DNA of 64,000 bases from an uncultured Clostridium sp. Lineage in GTDB: Bacteria > Bacillota > Clostridia > TANB77 > CAG-508. Shown here in pieces: positions 51,165 to 61,123 of the stretch. Every line of letters begins with the position of its first letter. Within the stretch, counting starts at the first letter, position 1. Under the pieces are notes generated by a model. That model was not told where the DNA came from, did no database searches, and was given only the letters and a program-made list of their open reading frames with translations. The position numbers and the translations under genes are program-made. The stretch is from the NCBI GenBank assembly GCA_947571115.1, contig CANOWW010000008.1, positions 7,023-71,022 on the forward strand, given 5' to 3'.

Positions 51165-52394
51165 ATGGGATTAGTTGTACAAAAATTTGGCGGAAGCTCT
51201 GTTGCAAATGTCGAAAAATTGGAAATGGTTGCAGACCATATCATACAAGCAAAAGAGGCTGGAGATAAGGTGGTTGTAGTCGTATCTGCACAAGGAAAAA
51301 CAACAGATCGATTAATTTCTGAAGAAGCAGAAATCATTAAAAATCCTATCAAAAATCGAGAAAGTTTCTTAAGAGAACATGATGTATTAGTGTCTACAGG
51401 AGAACAAATCACGATTTCAAAATTGGCGATGTTACTGAAGAAAAAGGGCTATCAAGCCGTATCTTTAACTGGTTGGCAGGTTCCGATTGTGACAAATAGC
51501 GAGCATGCCAATGGTCGCATTCGTTATATTGAAAACAGCAAGATAGAGGAATATTTGGCTGCTGGAAATGTCGTGATTGTGGCTGGTTTTCAGGGAATTG
51601 ACGAAAATGGCGATATCATGACTTTAGGCAGAGGTGGTTCTGACACAACAGCTGTTGCTCTTGCCGCTAGCTTAAACGCAGACAGATGCGATATTTTCAC
51701 AGACGTAGATGGCGTGTATACTTCAGACCCTAGAATTGTCGAAAATGTCATGAAATTAAAGGCTGTTTCTTATGACGAAATGCTAGAGCTGTCTAGCATG
51801 GGAGCAAAAGTATTGCATAACAGATGTATTGAAATAGGGAAGAAGTATCAAGTTCCTATTTATGTGAAATCTACCTTTGAAAAAGAGAGTATTGGAACAC
51901 TTGTTTCTGGCAAAGCGCCTTTTGAAGACTTAGTCATCAGTGGTGTTACCAAAGATGATTATGTTTCAAGAATTACAGTGATTGGCTTAGAAAATAAAAT
52001 TGGTAGAACGTATCAATTATTCAAGTTACTGTCTGAGAATTTAATCAATGTTGACATCATTGTTCAATCTTTTGGGGAACATATTACAAAAGATATTGCG
52101 TTTACAGTCAAAATGAATGACTTAAATAAAACATTAGAAATTTTGGAAGATTGCAAAGAGGAGCTAAAAATTGAACAGGTTTTGCATTGTGAAAATCTTT
52201 CCAAAGTTTCTGTCATCGGGGTAGGGATAGCCAACAAACCGGGGGTTGCAAGTAGTATGTTTGAAGCATTGTATGAAAATAACATTAATATGCATATGGT
52301 CACTACTTCTGAAATAAAAATCTCTGTTTTGGTCAGCAGCAACGAAGCTGATATGGCAGTACGAGCTATTCATAATAAATTTTTTGAGAAGTAA
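51165..52394 (+). CDS. lysC: Aspartate kinase
   Basis: VQKFGGSS, TLGRGGSDTTA, two ACT domains, TSEIKIS. Confidence 0.95.
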   Translation: MGLVVQKFGGSSVANVEKLEMVADHIIQAKEAGDKVVVVVSAQGKTTDRLISEEAEIIKNPIKNRESFLREHDVLVSTGEQITISKLAMLLKKKGYQAVSLTGWQVPIVTNSEHANGRIRYIENSKIEEYLAAGNVVIVAGFQGIDENGDIMTLGRGGSDTTAVALAASLNADRCDIFTDVDGVYTSDPRIVENVMKLKAVSYDEMLELSSMGAKVLHNRCIEIGKKYQVPIYVKSTFEKESIGTLVSGKAPFEDLVISGVTKDDYVSRITVIGLENKIGRTYQLFKLLSENLINVDIIVQSFGEHITKDIAFTVKMNDLNKTLEILEDCKEELKIEQVLHCENLSKVSVIGVGIANKPGVASSMFEALYENNINMHMVTTSEIKISVLVSSNEADMAVRAIHNKFFEK

Positions 52395-52503
52395 AAGTTT
52401 AAGGGCTAGTTGAAAAAACTAGCTCTTAAATCATACAAAACAGTTCTAAAACTTAGTTTTCCTGCATATATATACTTTAAGAAAACCAAAGTAGGAGGTT
52501 GGC

Positions 52504-52800
52504 ATGATGTTAGAAGAACCAAAAAAAACGTCAAACGTAATCCAAAATATCATTTTAGAAAACAGAGAAAAATTAAACGTTTCTGGTGTTTTAGATGTCC
52601 TTAGTTTTGATGACCAAATCGTAATTGTAGAAACTGAACTTGGACTCCTTACCATAAAAGGTGAAAACTTAAAAATTAACAAATTAAACATTGATACTTC
52701 GGAAGTTACGTTAGATGGTTATGTTTCAAGTCTTGCTTATTCAGAGGTGGAGTCTTTCAAGAAAAATGCTTCAGGATTGATTGGAAAAATTTTTAAATAG
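52504..52800 (+). CDS. yabP: Sporulation protein YabP
   Basis: LENREKL.VSGV.DV.SFDD..ET.LG.L.IKG. Confidence 0.9.
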   Translation: MMLEEPKKTSNVIQNIILENREKLNVSGVLDVLSFDDQIVIVETELGLLTIKGENLKINKLNIDTSEVTLDGYVSSLAYSEVESFKKNASGLIGKIFK

Positions 52801-52810
52801 GTGATTTGGA

Positions 52811-53182
52811 ATGTATGTTTTTTCGCAGGGACAAATTTTTATCGTATTTTTCATTTTGGGACTATGTATTGGAATGATTTTCGACATTTTTAGAGCATTC
52901 CGAAAAACTTTTAAAACCCCTGATTTTATAACCAGTATTCATGATATGATATTTGTTGCAATCGTTGGTATTCTTGTTGTAAATACCCTTATTTTGACCA
53001 ATCATGGGCAAATACGTTTTTTTATTATTCTCGCAATTTTGTTTGGGATTTTCTTTTATTTCTTGACAATTAGCAAAATTTGTATCATAATATTACAAGA
53101 ATGTATGAAATTTTTCAAAAAATTATTCTTTTTTCTCATTTTTTTGAAAAATTTATGTCTAAAAAAGAAGGATTCTAAATAA
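52811..53182 (+). CDS. yabQ: Spore cortex protein YabQ
   Basis: G..IG.IFD.FR, N.G.IRF membrane protein directly after yabP. Confidence 0.85.
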   Translation: MYVFSQGQIFIVFFILGLCIGMIFDIFRAFRKTFKTPDFITSIHDMIFVAIVGILVVNTLILTNHGQIRFFIILAILFGIFFYFLTISKICIIILQECMKFFKKLFFFLIFLKNLCLKKKDSK

Positions 53183-53232
53183 ATTTGTTGTATAATATTA
53201 TTATATAGTTTTGTTAATTTTGGAGTTTACAA

Positions 53233-53505
53233 ATGTCAAATTTATTTAATTCACGAAATTTATATAAGTTAATAGTCTGTATATTTCTTCTTGTTATTAT
53301 CTTTAAAATGAAGGAACAATTGGTTACTTTAAAAAATTATAATGCAGAAATAGCAACTTTAGAAGAAAAAATAGCAACATTAAAAGAACAAGAAAACATG
53401 GAGAAATCTGTAAATTCTACAAATTTGAAAGAGGAAAATGAACATATTGCAAGAAAAGACCTAAAAATGTACTATCCAAATGAAACACCATTTAAAGGAT
53501 ATTAA
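53233..53505 (+). CDS. divIC: Septum formation initiator DivIC/FtsB-like
   Basis: TM helix, coiled coil, E.IAR.DL.M..PNE; follows yabPQ. Confidence 0.7.
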   Translation: MSNLFNSRNLYKLIVCIFLLVIIFKMKEQLVTLKNYNAEIATLEEKIATLKEQENMEKSVNSTNLKEENEHIARKDLKMYYPNETPFKGY

Positions 53506-53602
53506 AATTTGTATCATTTTTTTCTAGTTGTTTTTTTCGAAATACAATTCCAGTTTTAAATAAAAAAATAATAAAATAGAAAAGTGAAGGGGGAAATTTT
53601 CT

Positions 53603-54973
53603 ATGGAGCTAGATTCTTTATCATTAGCAGATTTAAGAGAACTTGCTAAAATGAAAGGTTTATCTAATATTTCTAAACTAAAGAAAAAGGAGTTAATTGA
53701 GGTTATTTTAGAAGCAACAAAAAAATCATCTAATTCTAATGAAGAATCCGAAGAAACAAACAGTGAAAAACAGCCTACAGAAAATACAACAAAAATGAAA
53801 TCAGAAACCAATACAGAAGATGGAAATTATTCAGTATCTACAGAAGGTGATGAAATTGTTGAAGGAATTTTAGAAGTCTTACCAGATGGATATGGTTTTT
53901 TACGTGGGAAGAATTATTTGCCAAGTCAAAAAGATGTTTATGTTTCTCCAATACAAATAAAAAGGTTTCGATTGGAAACTGGAGATAAGGTAAAAGGGAT
54001 TAAAAGAGCAACCGTAGATGGAGAAAAAGAAAAATTTCCGTCTTTAATTTTTGTTGGTGAAGTCAATGATGAGTCACCTGAGAAAGCTTACAGAAGAGTG
54101 AAATTTGATGATTTAATTCCGATTTATCCAAATAAAAAATTAAAATTAGAAGCCAATCCAAAAGAATATACCATGCGTTTAATGGATTTATTTTCACCCA
54201 TAGGAAAAGGTCAAAGGGGTATGATTGTTGCGCCTCCAAAAGCTGGAAAAACAACAATTTTAAAGAAAATAGCCAATAGCATTACCATGAATAATCCTGA
54301 AGTTGAATTAATTGTATTATTAATTGATGAAAGACCAGAAGAAGTGACTGATATGAAACGTTCTATTCATGGCGATGTGATTTATTCAACTTTTGACGAA
54401 CAACCAGAACATCATGTAAAAGTAGCTGAAATGGTAATTGAGCGTGCTAAAAGATTAACAGAACAACATAAAGATGTTGTTGTGTTATTAGATAGTATTA
54501 CAAGGCTTGCACGTGCCTATAACTTAGTTATTCCTTCCTCAGGGAAAACTTTGTCTGGTGGTTTTGATCCAAGTGCTTTACATAAACCAAAGCGTTTTTT
54601 TGGTGCAGCAAGAAATACAGAAGATGCTGGAAGTTTGACTGTTTTGGCAACAGCTTTAGTAGATACGGGAAGCAGAATGGACGAGGTTATTTTTGAGGAA
54701 TTCAAAGGAACTGGTAATATGGAAGTTGTTTTAGATAGAAGCTTATCTGAAAAACGTATTTTCCCAGCGATTGATGTAAACAAATCTGGAACAAGACGTG
54801 AAGATTTGTTGCTTACAGAAGAAGAGCTTTCTGCAATGTTTGCTATACGTAAATCTATGAGTAATTTATCAACTGCAGATATGACTGAACGTTTATTAGA
54901 TGAAATGATGAAAACGGAAAATAATCAAGAATTTTTAAAAGTAATGAATGAAAATATAGAATGTAAAGAATAA
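53603..54973 (+). CDS. rho: Transcription termination factor Rho
   Basis: [41 protein letters not shown]. Confidence 0.97.
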   Translation: MELDSLSLADLRELAKMKGLSNISKLKKKELIEVILEATKKSSNSNEESEETNSEKQPTENTTKMKSETNTEDGNYSVSTEGDEIVEGILEVLPDGYGFLRGKNYLPSQKDVYVSPIQIKRFRLETGDKVKGIKRATVDGEKEKFPSLIFVGEVNDESPEKAYRRVKFDDLIPIYPNKKLKLEANPKEYTMRLMDLFSPIGKGQRGMIVAPPKAGKTTILKKIANSITMNNPEVELIVLLIDERPEEVTDMKRSIHGDVIYSTFDEQPEHHVKVAEMVIERAKRLTEQHKDVVVLLDSITRLARAYNLVIPSSGKTLSGGFDPSALHKPKRFFGAARNTEDAGSLTVLATALVDTGSRMDEVIFEEFKGTGNMEVVLDRSLSEKRIFPAIDVNKSGTRREDLLLTEEELSAMFAIRKSMSNLSTADMTERLLDEMMKTENNQEFLKVMNENIECKE

Positions 54974-55003
54974 AATCTAAAAGCAAAATAAATCCTATTC
55001 CTA

Positions 55004-55031
55004 TTTGCACAAAACTTTGATTTTGTGCAAT
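55004..55031. other. Candidate dif site (difSL/difH-like 11-6-11)
   Basis: TTTGCACAAAA-CTTTGA-TTTTGTGCAAT, about 70 bp upstream of xer, where skew appears to flip. Confidence 0.6.
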
Positions 55032-55103
55032 GTTGCAAATATAAAAAATATAGAATACAAACCTATCTCCTATTTTAAAATTAATAAAATCAAAGGAGCC
55101 ATT

Positions 55104-56108
55104 ATGATTGCGAAAGAAAATAATCCGAAATTTTTAAACGATTTTTTAGATTATTCTACTACTATTTTAAATAAATCAGTCAATACCATTAAAGAATATA
55201 ATTACGATATTGCTCACTTTCTAAAATTTATTGCGTATCATTATAAAATGGTTGAAATTGACTCCGTAGAATTCATTAAAGAAATTCAAATCCACACCAT
55301 GACCTTAGAAACTGTGAAAAAAATCACACTTCAAGATATTCACGCTTTTTTAGGTTATTTAAAAAATGATTACCATAGCAAGCCAGCCACTTTGGCACGA
55401 AAAACAGCCAGCATTCGTGTATTTTTCAAGTATTTGTGCAATAAAATGAAACTTATTGAAAACAATCCTGCACAAGACTTAGAAACGCCAAAACTAAGCA
55501 AAAGATTGCCCAAATATTTAAGCCTAGACGAAAGTCGAAAATTGCTGGAAACCGTCAAAAATCCTCTCCCTACCTCGCATGGAAATCACGACAACTCGGT
55601 CAGGGATGCTGCTATTATTACTCTATTTTTAAATTGTGGCATGCGTTTGTCAGAACTGACAGGAATTAACATGTCTGACATTGACTTTGAAAACAACAAA
55701 TTAACTGTTATCGGGAAAGGCGACAAAGAACGCACAATTTATTTAAACAAGGCTTGTATAACCGCCATTAATCGTTATTTGGAAGTTCGCCCCAAAAAAG
55801 CTATTCAAGCCAATTCTCGAAATGCTTTGTTTTTGAGCGAGCAGCGAAAACGAATTAGCAATCGCACTGTTCAATATATTGTAAAAGAAGAACTAAGGGC
55901 AGCTGGCATTGACTCTAACAAATATTCGGTCCATAAATTACGCCATACAGCAGCGACTTTGATGTACAAATATGGCGAAGTCGACATTCGTGCTTTGCAA
56001 GAATTATTAGGTCATGAGAGTATTTCAACTACGCAAATTTACACCCATGTTGACGATGAACAAGTCCGCAGCGCAGTAGAAAGAAATCCTCTCGCTAATG
56101 AAATATAA
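55104..56108 (+). CDS. xerC: Chromosomal Xer-type tyrosine recombinase
   Basis: GMRLSEL, GKGDKER, HKLRHT, LLGH, TQIYTH; AAGGAG RBS. Confidence 0.85.
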   Translation: MIAKENNPKFLNDFLDYSTTILNKSVNTIKEYNYDIAHFLKFIAYHYKMVEIDSVEFIKEIQIHTMTLETVKKITLQDIHAFLGYLKNDYHSKPATLARKTASIRVFFKYLCNKMKLIENNPAQDLETPKLSKRLPKYLSLDESRKLLETVKNPLPTSHGNHDNSVRDAAIITLFLNCGMRLSELTGINMSDIDFENNKLTVIGKGDKERTIYLNKACITAINRYLEVRPKKAIQANSRNALFLSEQRKRISNRTVQYIVKEELRAAGIDSNKYSVHKLRHTAATLMYKYGEVDIRALQELLGHESISTTQIYTHVDDEQVRSAVERNPLANEI

Positions 56109-56126
56109 AAATAAGCCTTTTGTGGC

Positions 56127-56849
56127 TTATTTTAATTTTATAATCGCATGTACCATTTTTTCATCCTCACTTTTGATGATAACAACAAATTCTTCGCCCA
56201 ATTTCTCATAAAAAACCTGAACTGTCTCGCCTAGCTTAATTTCCTTCTTGCACATCATTTTAATCTGATTAAATTCAGCATTCAGAAAAATATCTGTTGG
56301 CAAAACCTCATTGGCAATATCCATATAATAAATATTATGTAAATGATTATTAATATCTAGCAAACTACGATTTACGTGAAACGTTGTCCTTCCTGAATAC
56401 GTTGATGGCTCTGTCATTTTATTCAAATCTGGATACTCAAAAACGCTTTTATTCTCAACTGTATAACAATCCATAATCTCTTTTCCAAGTTTTGTAATTT
56501 TCAAATTCTCAATATCCAGCAAAACCCACTTAGAAGTCGCAATTCCAATAACTTCTCGCGCCTCATTCAAAATCTCAAAATCACGGTAAGCATATAATTT
56601 ATCAATTCCTCTTGACCAAGTTTTAACAATAATTTTTTCGCCATAAGTTGGTCTTTCAAAAATTTCGATTTGCCAATTTAGCAAAACCCAACTCTTCTTG
56701 ACTTTGGGAATATCCTTCAAACCAAACCCAGCCAAATTAGAATGAACGCCACCTGCATCCTCCAAATACGCCAAAAGCGCCGTATTCGTCACTTTATTAT
56801 TCAGTGCCACATCTCTTAGCCCAATAAAAACTTCATGCTCAACAAACAT
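56127..56849 (-). CDS. Acyl-ACP thioesterase
   Basis: SWVL, P.YGE..V.TW, RDF, D.N.HLHN..Y hot-dog fold motifs. Confidence 0.88.
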   Translation of the reverse strand: MFVEHEVFIGLRDVALNNKVTNTALLAYLEDAGGVHSNLAGFGLKDIPKVKKSWVLLNWQIEIFERPTYGEKIIVKTWSRGIDKLYAYRDFEILNEAREVIGIATSKWVLLDIENLKITKLGKEIMDCYTVENKSVFEYPDLNKMTEPSTYSGRTTFHVNRSLLDINNHLHNIYYMDIANEVLPTDIFLNAEFNQIKMMCKKEIKLGETVQVFYEKLGEEFVVIIKSEDEKMVHAIIKLK

Positions 56850-56851
56850 TT

Positions 56852-58003
56852 TTAGTCTTCCTTTCTAACAATTCCTAACTTCTGATAAATTTCTTGCATT
56901 TTCGTCACTTCTTCCGAATTGGTTCCTTTAATCAACTTTATTGTTTCAAATCGCTCATTCATAGAAGTTGCTTTAGAAAAAACATCTTTGAAAATTCTAG
57001 CTCCCCAAGTAAATGGCAACAAAATCGGCATTTTTTCCAAAATCGGATATTTTCCCCTCATCACTTTAAACTCTGGAAAAAACAAACGCAGCAAATACTG
57101 ATTTTTTCCGCCTTTTTCCCCCACCTCAAAATTAACTTGATTTTTCAGGCTCACACCTTGCAAAATAAATCTCTCAACCTCATCAAAATCGTAATTCGGG
57201 CTTTCGCCAAACCATTGATACGCAATTTTTCTGATATTTTCCTCAAACTTCTGACATTCAAATTCCTGCAATTTTTCATTTAATTTTTCTTGGTCCAAAA
57301 CATTTTTGTACTTCTCATAATACAAATAAACATCCAAAACATCCCTTATCTTAATCCCCGTAAACCTAAAATGGATCAGCAAATGCAGCATGCAAAAAAC
57401 ATACGCATCCTCTTTTGACATTTTAAAAATCATTTTATAATTTTGATATGGCTCACAAAATTCCCAAACTTTCTGGTTAAAATATTCATGCCCAACGCCT
57501 TCCCCGGGAATTAATTTTCTGTGCAATTCCACAGTCATAAATGGCTCTTTCGTAAAAATCAAATGCTTTTCATGATCATAATATTCGCTATATCCCAAAT
57601 TTTCCATAATCTGGGACGCTTTTTTAAAATCCTCTGCATATGCCATCATGTCAATATCAAGCATTTGTCTCATATAATTTTGAGGATATATCTCTTTCAT
57701 CAAAAAGCCCTTCACAACCAGTGTTTTGATTTGGGCTTTCTCAAACTCATCTAAAATCCTGTAAAATTCAATGTTTTCATTGGTATCTTTGATAATTTGC
57801 TGATTAAAATCTGCTTGAATTCTAGCTTTAATTGTTTCATTTTGGCAATTCTCCTTTGCCCAATTTAGCAAAAAATTGCTCAGCATATGTCTTCTTGCTA
57901 ACTTGTACAACGCTTCTTCATTTACATTTTTATCAAAAACAGGTTTTTTTTCTTCCCTTATAAAACTTCTTACGATTTCCAACAAAACTCTATTCTCGTT
58001 CAT
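56852..58003 (-). CDS. Nucleotidyltransferase family protein (NTP_transf_5-like)
   Basis: VKG..M...YP....R.M.DID, VELH, H..IH..G..IR...D motifs. Confidence 0.8.
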   Translation of the reverse strand: MNENRVLLEIVRSFIREEKKPVFDKNVNEEALYKLARRHMLSNFLLNWAKENCQNETIKARIQADFNQQIIKDTNENIEFYRILDEFEKAQIKTLVVKGFLMKEIYPQNYMRQMLDIDMMAYAEDFKKASQIMENLGYSEYYDHEKHLIFTKEPFMTVELHRKLIPGEGVGHEYFNQKVWEFCEPYQNYKMIFKMSKEDAYVFCMLHLLIHFRFTGIKIRDVLDVYLYYEKYKNVLDQEKLNEKLQEFECQKFEENIRKIAYQWFGESPNYDFDEVERFILQGVSLKNQVNFEVGEKGGKNQYLLRLFFPEFKVMRGKYPILEKMPILLPFTWGARIFKDVFSKATSMNERFETIKLIKGTNSEEVTKMQEIYQKLGIVRKED

Positions 58004-59670
58004 TTTTTTTGACCTTTTCCCTAACTTTCCAATTTTCCACCACAAATTCCCTGTCACAAATACTCGAAATACTGTCCCTATGTGTTACAATAATACAAGT
58101 TCGATTTTGCAAATTTTTAATATTTTTCAAAACCTCTGCCTCAGTTGCACTATCCAAACTCGAAGTAAGCTCATCCAAAATCAGAATTGGCGCTCCGCTA
58201 ATCAAAGCCCTCGCCAAACTCAAACGTTGCAGTTGTCCTTCAGACAAACCGCTGCCCCTCTCGCCTATCTTCGTCTCCAAACCGTCTGGCAACTTTTCAA
58301 TAAAACTCGTACAATTGCTCACTTCCAAAGCCTGTGCGATTTCTTCTTCTGTCGCACTTTCATTCACAAAATCAAGATTTTCACGAATCGTTCCGCTCAA
58401 AATAAACTTGCCCTGTGGTACATAAGTAAACATACCTCTTGTGTGATTTCCAACTTCGACATTTTCCCCATTTTTGCACGCAAAATAAACTTGTCCTGCA
58501 TCTTTTTTCAAAATGCCTAAAATCAATTTTAGCAGTGTACTTTTTCCGCACGCCAGACTCGCCATAAATCGCCACAATCTCGCCTTTCTTCACAGTCAAA
58601 CAAGCATCTTCAAACACTTTTTTATTCTTATACGTAAACCCAAGATGGTCCACAACCACACTTTCCAAATTCTCATACAAATCAGTGCAATCTATCTTTT
58701 TATCAACCTTATCCTCCTCGATTTCCTCCAATTCCATAATTCTCTCCGCAGAACCAATCATCCCAAACATACTCTGAAACGACCTCGAAAGCCCAATAAT
58801 TGGAGCTTGTACTTGGTTAACAAGTTGCAAAATCGAGGTCAAGCCACCAACCGTAATACTTCCTGTCAACAAATTATTCGCACTCCAAATCAAAGCATAT
58901 AAATATACTACCTGAAAAATCGTATTAAACCCCGTTCCAGAAGCAATTGACAAACTTCTACGCTTCATTTGAATCGCATACCTCGTATTTTGCAATTGCT
59001 CAGATTTATTCCCAATCACATTTTCAGTCTCAAAAATCTTAATCACAATCAAATTTTCAAACACTTCTTTAAAAAACAAACGCACATTGGCTCCAGCCTC
59101 TTGCACTTTTTTGTGAATTTCCTTCAAATATGGCTTAAACAAATTTACCATCACAAACAAAAGCACTCCGCCAATTAACAAAATGATTACAAATTCTCTG
59201 CTAATTTGGAACAGCAAAATCACTGCGCAAACCAATTTGGTCAGCATAGAAAGCACACTCGGCACCAAAGAAAGCAAAGTTTCAATAATAATATTCACAT
59301 CTGAAACAACGCGTGTCATCAATTCGCCACTGTGAAATTTGGAAATTTTTTCATAATTTCTCGTCAAAATGGTATTTAGCACATTTTGTTTAAAATTCAT
59401 TTCCAACTTTGCCCTGGTCACTGCATCAATAGACGCCAAAATCGCCTTTAAGGCAATTTCCGTCAAAGAAATCAAAATCAGACGAATCATATATTTTTGA
59501 AGGGTTGCCGTCGCCCCAGAAGTTGCTGCATCAATCACATTTTTAGACACCAAAATAAGGTATATACTCAAAACAGAATATACCACATTCAAAATATTAA
59601 CCAATATAAAATTAAATGTTTGTGACTTTGTTTTCTGAAAAATCCATTTAAGTGTCTTAATATCTTTCAA
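57990..59670 (-). CDS. ABC exporter (TMD+NBD); needs +1 shift at CGG 58548-58546 inside Walker A
   Basis: Joining frames restores GESGVGKSTLLK; LSEGQ signature and ILILDE Walker B follow. Confidence 0.85.
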
Positions 59671-59693
59671 TTTTTCTTATGTTCCTTTCTTAA

Positions 59694-59963
59694 TTAATTT
59701 TCCAAAAGAATTTTTTTTGCTCTTAACGTGTTCAAAAATGCTTCTGTATTACCTGTTGCTTTTTCCTTGTCAATCTGGTATTTCTCGGCTAATTTCACAG
59801 AAATTTCTTCTAACGTCCTTTCTTGCTCCAGCAATTCCCAAATAAACTTTCCTGCCTCATTCAAAGTCAGCATTCCTCGATATTCTTTCAACAAATCTCC
59901 GGTTGGTACAACCACAATACTCCTCGCAATTTCTCTTATCACAAACCCTTCTTTAATTCTCAT
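59694..59963 (-). CDS. PqqD-family RiPP recognition element
   Basis: MRIKEGFVIREI..VVVP..LNEAG.FIWE.L. Confidence 0.85.
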   Translation of the reverse strand: MRIKEGFVIREIARSIVVVPTGDLLKEYRGMLTLNEAGKFIWELLEQERTLEEISVKLAEKYQIDKEKATGNTEAFLNTLRAKKILLEN

Positions 59964-60672
59964 TGGCATCTTCTCCCTTCATCGTATGGTACGACAACTC
60001 CACAGCTTCTTTGCTCATGTCACAATACAACTTATAAATTGGTATTTTTTCAATCACAACTTCTAGTACATCTAGCAATTTTTCCATATTTTCCTTTTTC
60101 AAATAATATGTCGTTTGTTCCAAAAATAATTTTATCGCCTCACTGGGCTCCAATTTTCGGATAAAATTAATTTTCGATTGCTCCAAAAAACAAATTCCCT
60201 GCACCTTCACTTTTTTATTTTCGCTCATATCGTGCTTACCCGAAAAAGGCGTTCCATAAGCATAAACTCCATCGTCAAAAACACGAATAGCAGGTTTATC
60301 ATCATTTAATATGTATGGATTTTTATCCGCTAAATAGGTTAGCCACAAGCCCGTATGTGTGGACTTTCCCGTCCCAGAATTAGCCGAAAAAAGATAGGCT
60401 TTGTCGTCTACCACAACACTTGATGCATGCAACAAACAGCCTTGAAAGTCCAGTAATTTTTGGTAAAACAAACGTCCCGTTATCACGTCTTCAGCTGCTT
60501 GACGTGTAGCGTCTGCAAACTTTTCCAAATCATGCAAAACATATTCTTCTTTTACTATTACTTGAATATCACTCGGCTTGTCTGTTTCAATTTTATATTT
60601 TTCAGATCTTTTCTTCAATTGCTCATATTTTGTTTCATATTCTACAATTAAATCTGCAATTTTGTACTTCAT
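59953..60672 (-). CDS. HPr-kinase-like P-loop kinase
   Basis: LLHASSV, SGTGKSTH, LNDD, GTPFSG. Confidence 0.75.
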   Translation of the reverse strand: MKYKIADLIVEYETKYEQLKKRSEKYKIETDKPSDIQVIVKEEYVLHDLEKFADATRQAAEDVITGRLFYQKLLDFQGCLLHASSVVVDDKAYLFSANSGTGKSTHTGLWLTYLADKNPYILNDDKPAIRVFDDGVYAYGTPFSGKHDMSENKKVKVQGICFLEQSKINFIRKLEPSEAIKLFLEQTTYYLKKENMEKLLDVLEVVIEKIPIYKLYCDMSKEAVELSYHTMKGEDANEN

Positions 60673-60759
60673 AAACACCTCATTTGTTATTTTTTGTTTT
60701 AAAAAACGAGGAAGAACTCGAACATTCTGCCTCGCTTTTTATTTAATATTATTCCATTA

Positions 60760-60942
60760 TTAGCCAATAACTTCGCCACCAGTACCGCTATCATAATGTC
60801 CAGTTGGCTCTCCTTCGCCTACCGTAGGTGCTCCTAAATCATCTGATAAAACCATTGGGATCGCAGCATCATTTACCACATCCACTGGTTCAACTGGTGC
60901 TACTGTTGGTATGATATCTTCTTCGCCTGTTAAAGCACTCAT
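60760..60942 (-). CDS. 60-aa acidic peptide, possible precursor
   Basis: AGGAGG RBS; first gene of the kinase-PqqD-ABC-NTase cassette; hairpin downstream at about 60701-60740. Confidence 0.5.
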   Translation of the reverse strand: MSALTGEEDIIPTVAPVEPVDVVNDAAIPMVLSDDLGAPTVGEGEPTGHYDSGTGGEVIG

Positions 60943-61123
60943 TTTCTATTACCTCCTATAAAAATTACTCTTCTTATTTTAATTATACACGATTTTCCTG
61001 AATTTGTCAATAACTTTATGTAAATTTTCTTAAAAAATTTAAAAATTTTAAATCCTTTAAGAAAATTTATATAAAAATAGGCAAAAGCGACACAAAAGTG
61101 TCGCTCGCCCATATTATGAAAAC

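Noticed and set aside
59914-59930. AGG codon in PqqD (REIARS) where homologs often have Gly; possible AGG reassignment
   Set aside because: Single instance; AGG sits at normal Arg positions in rho (TRLA) and prfB (GRR).
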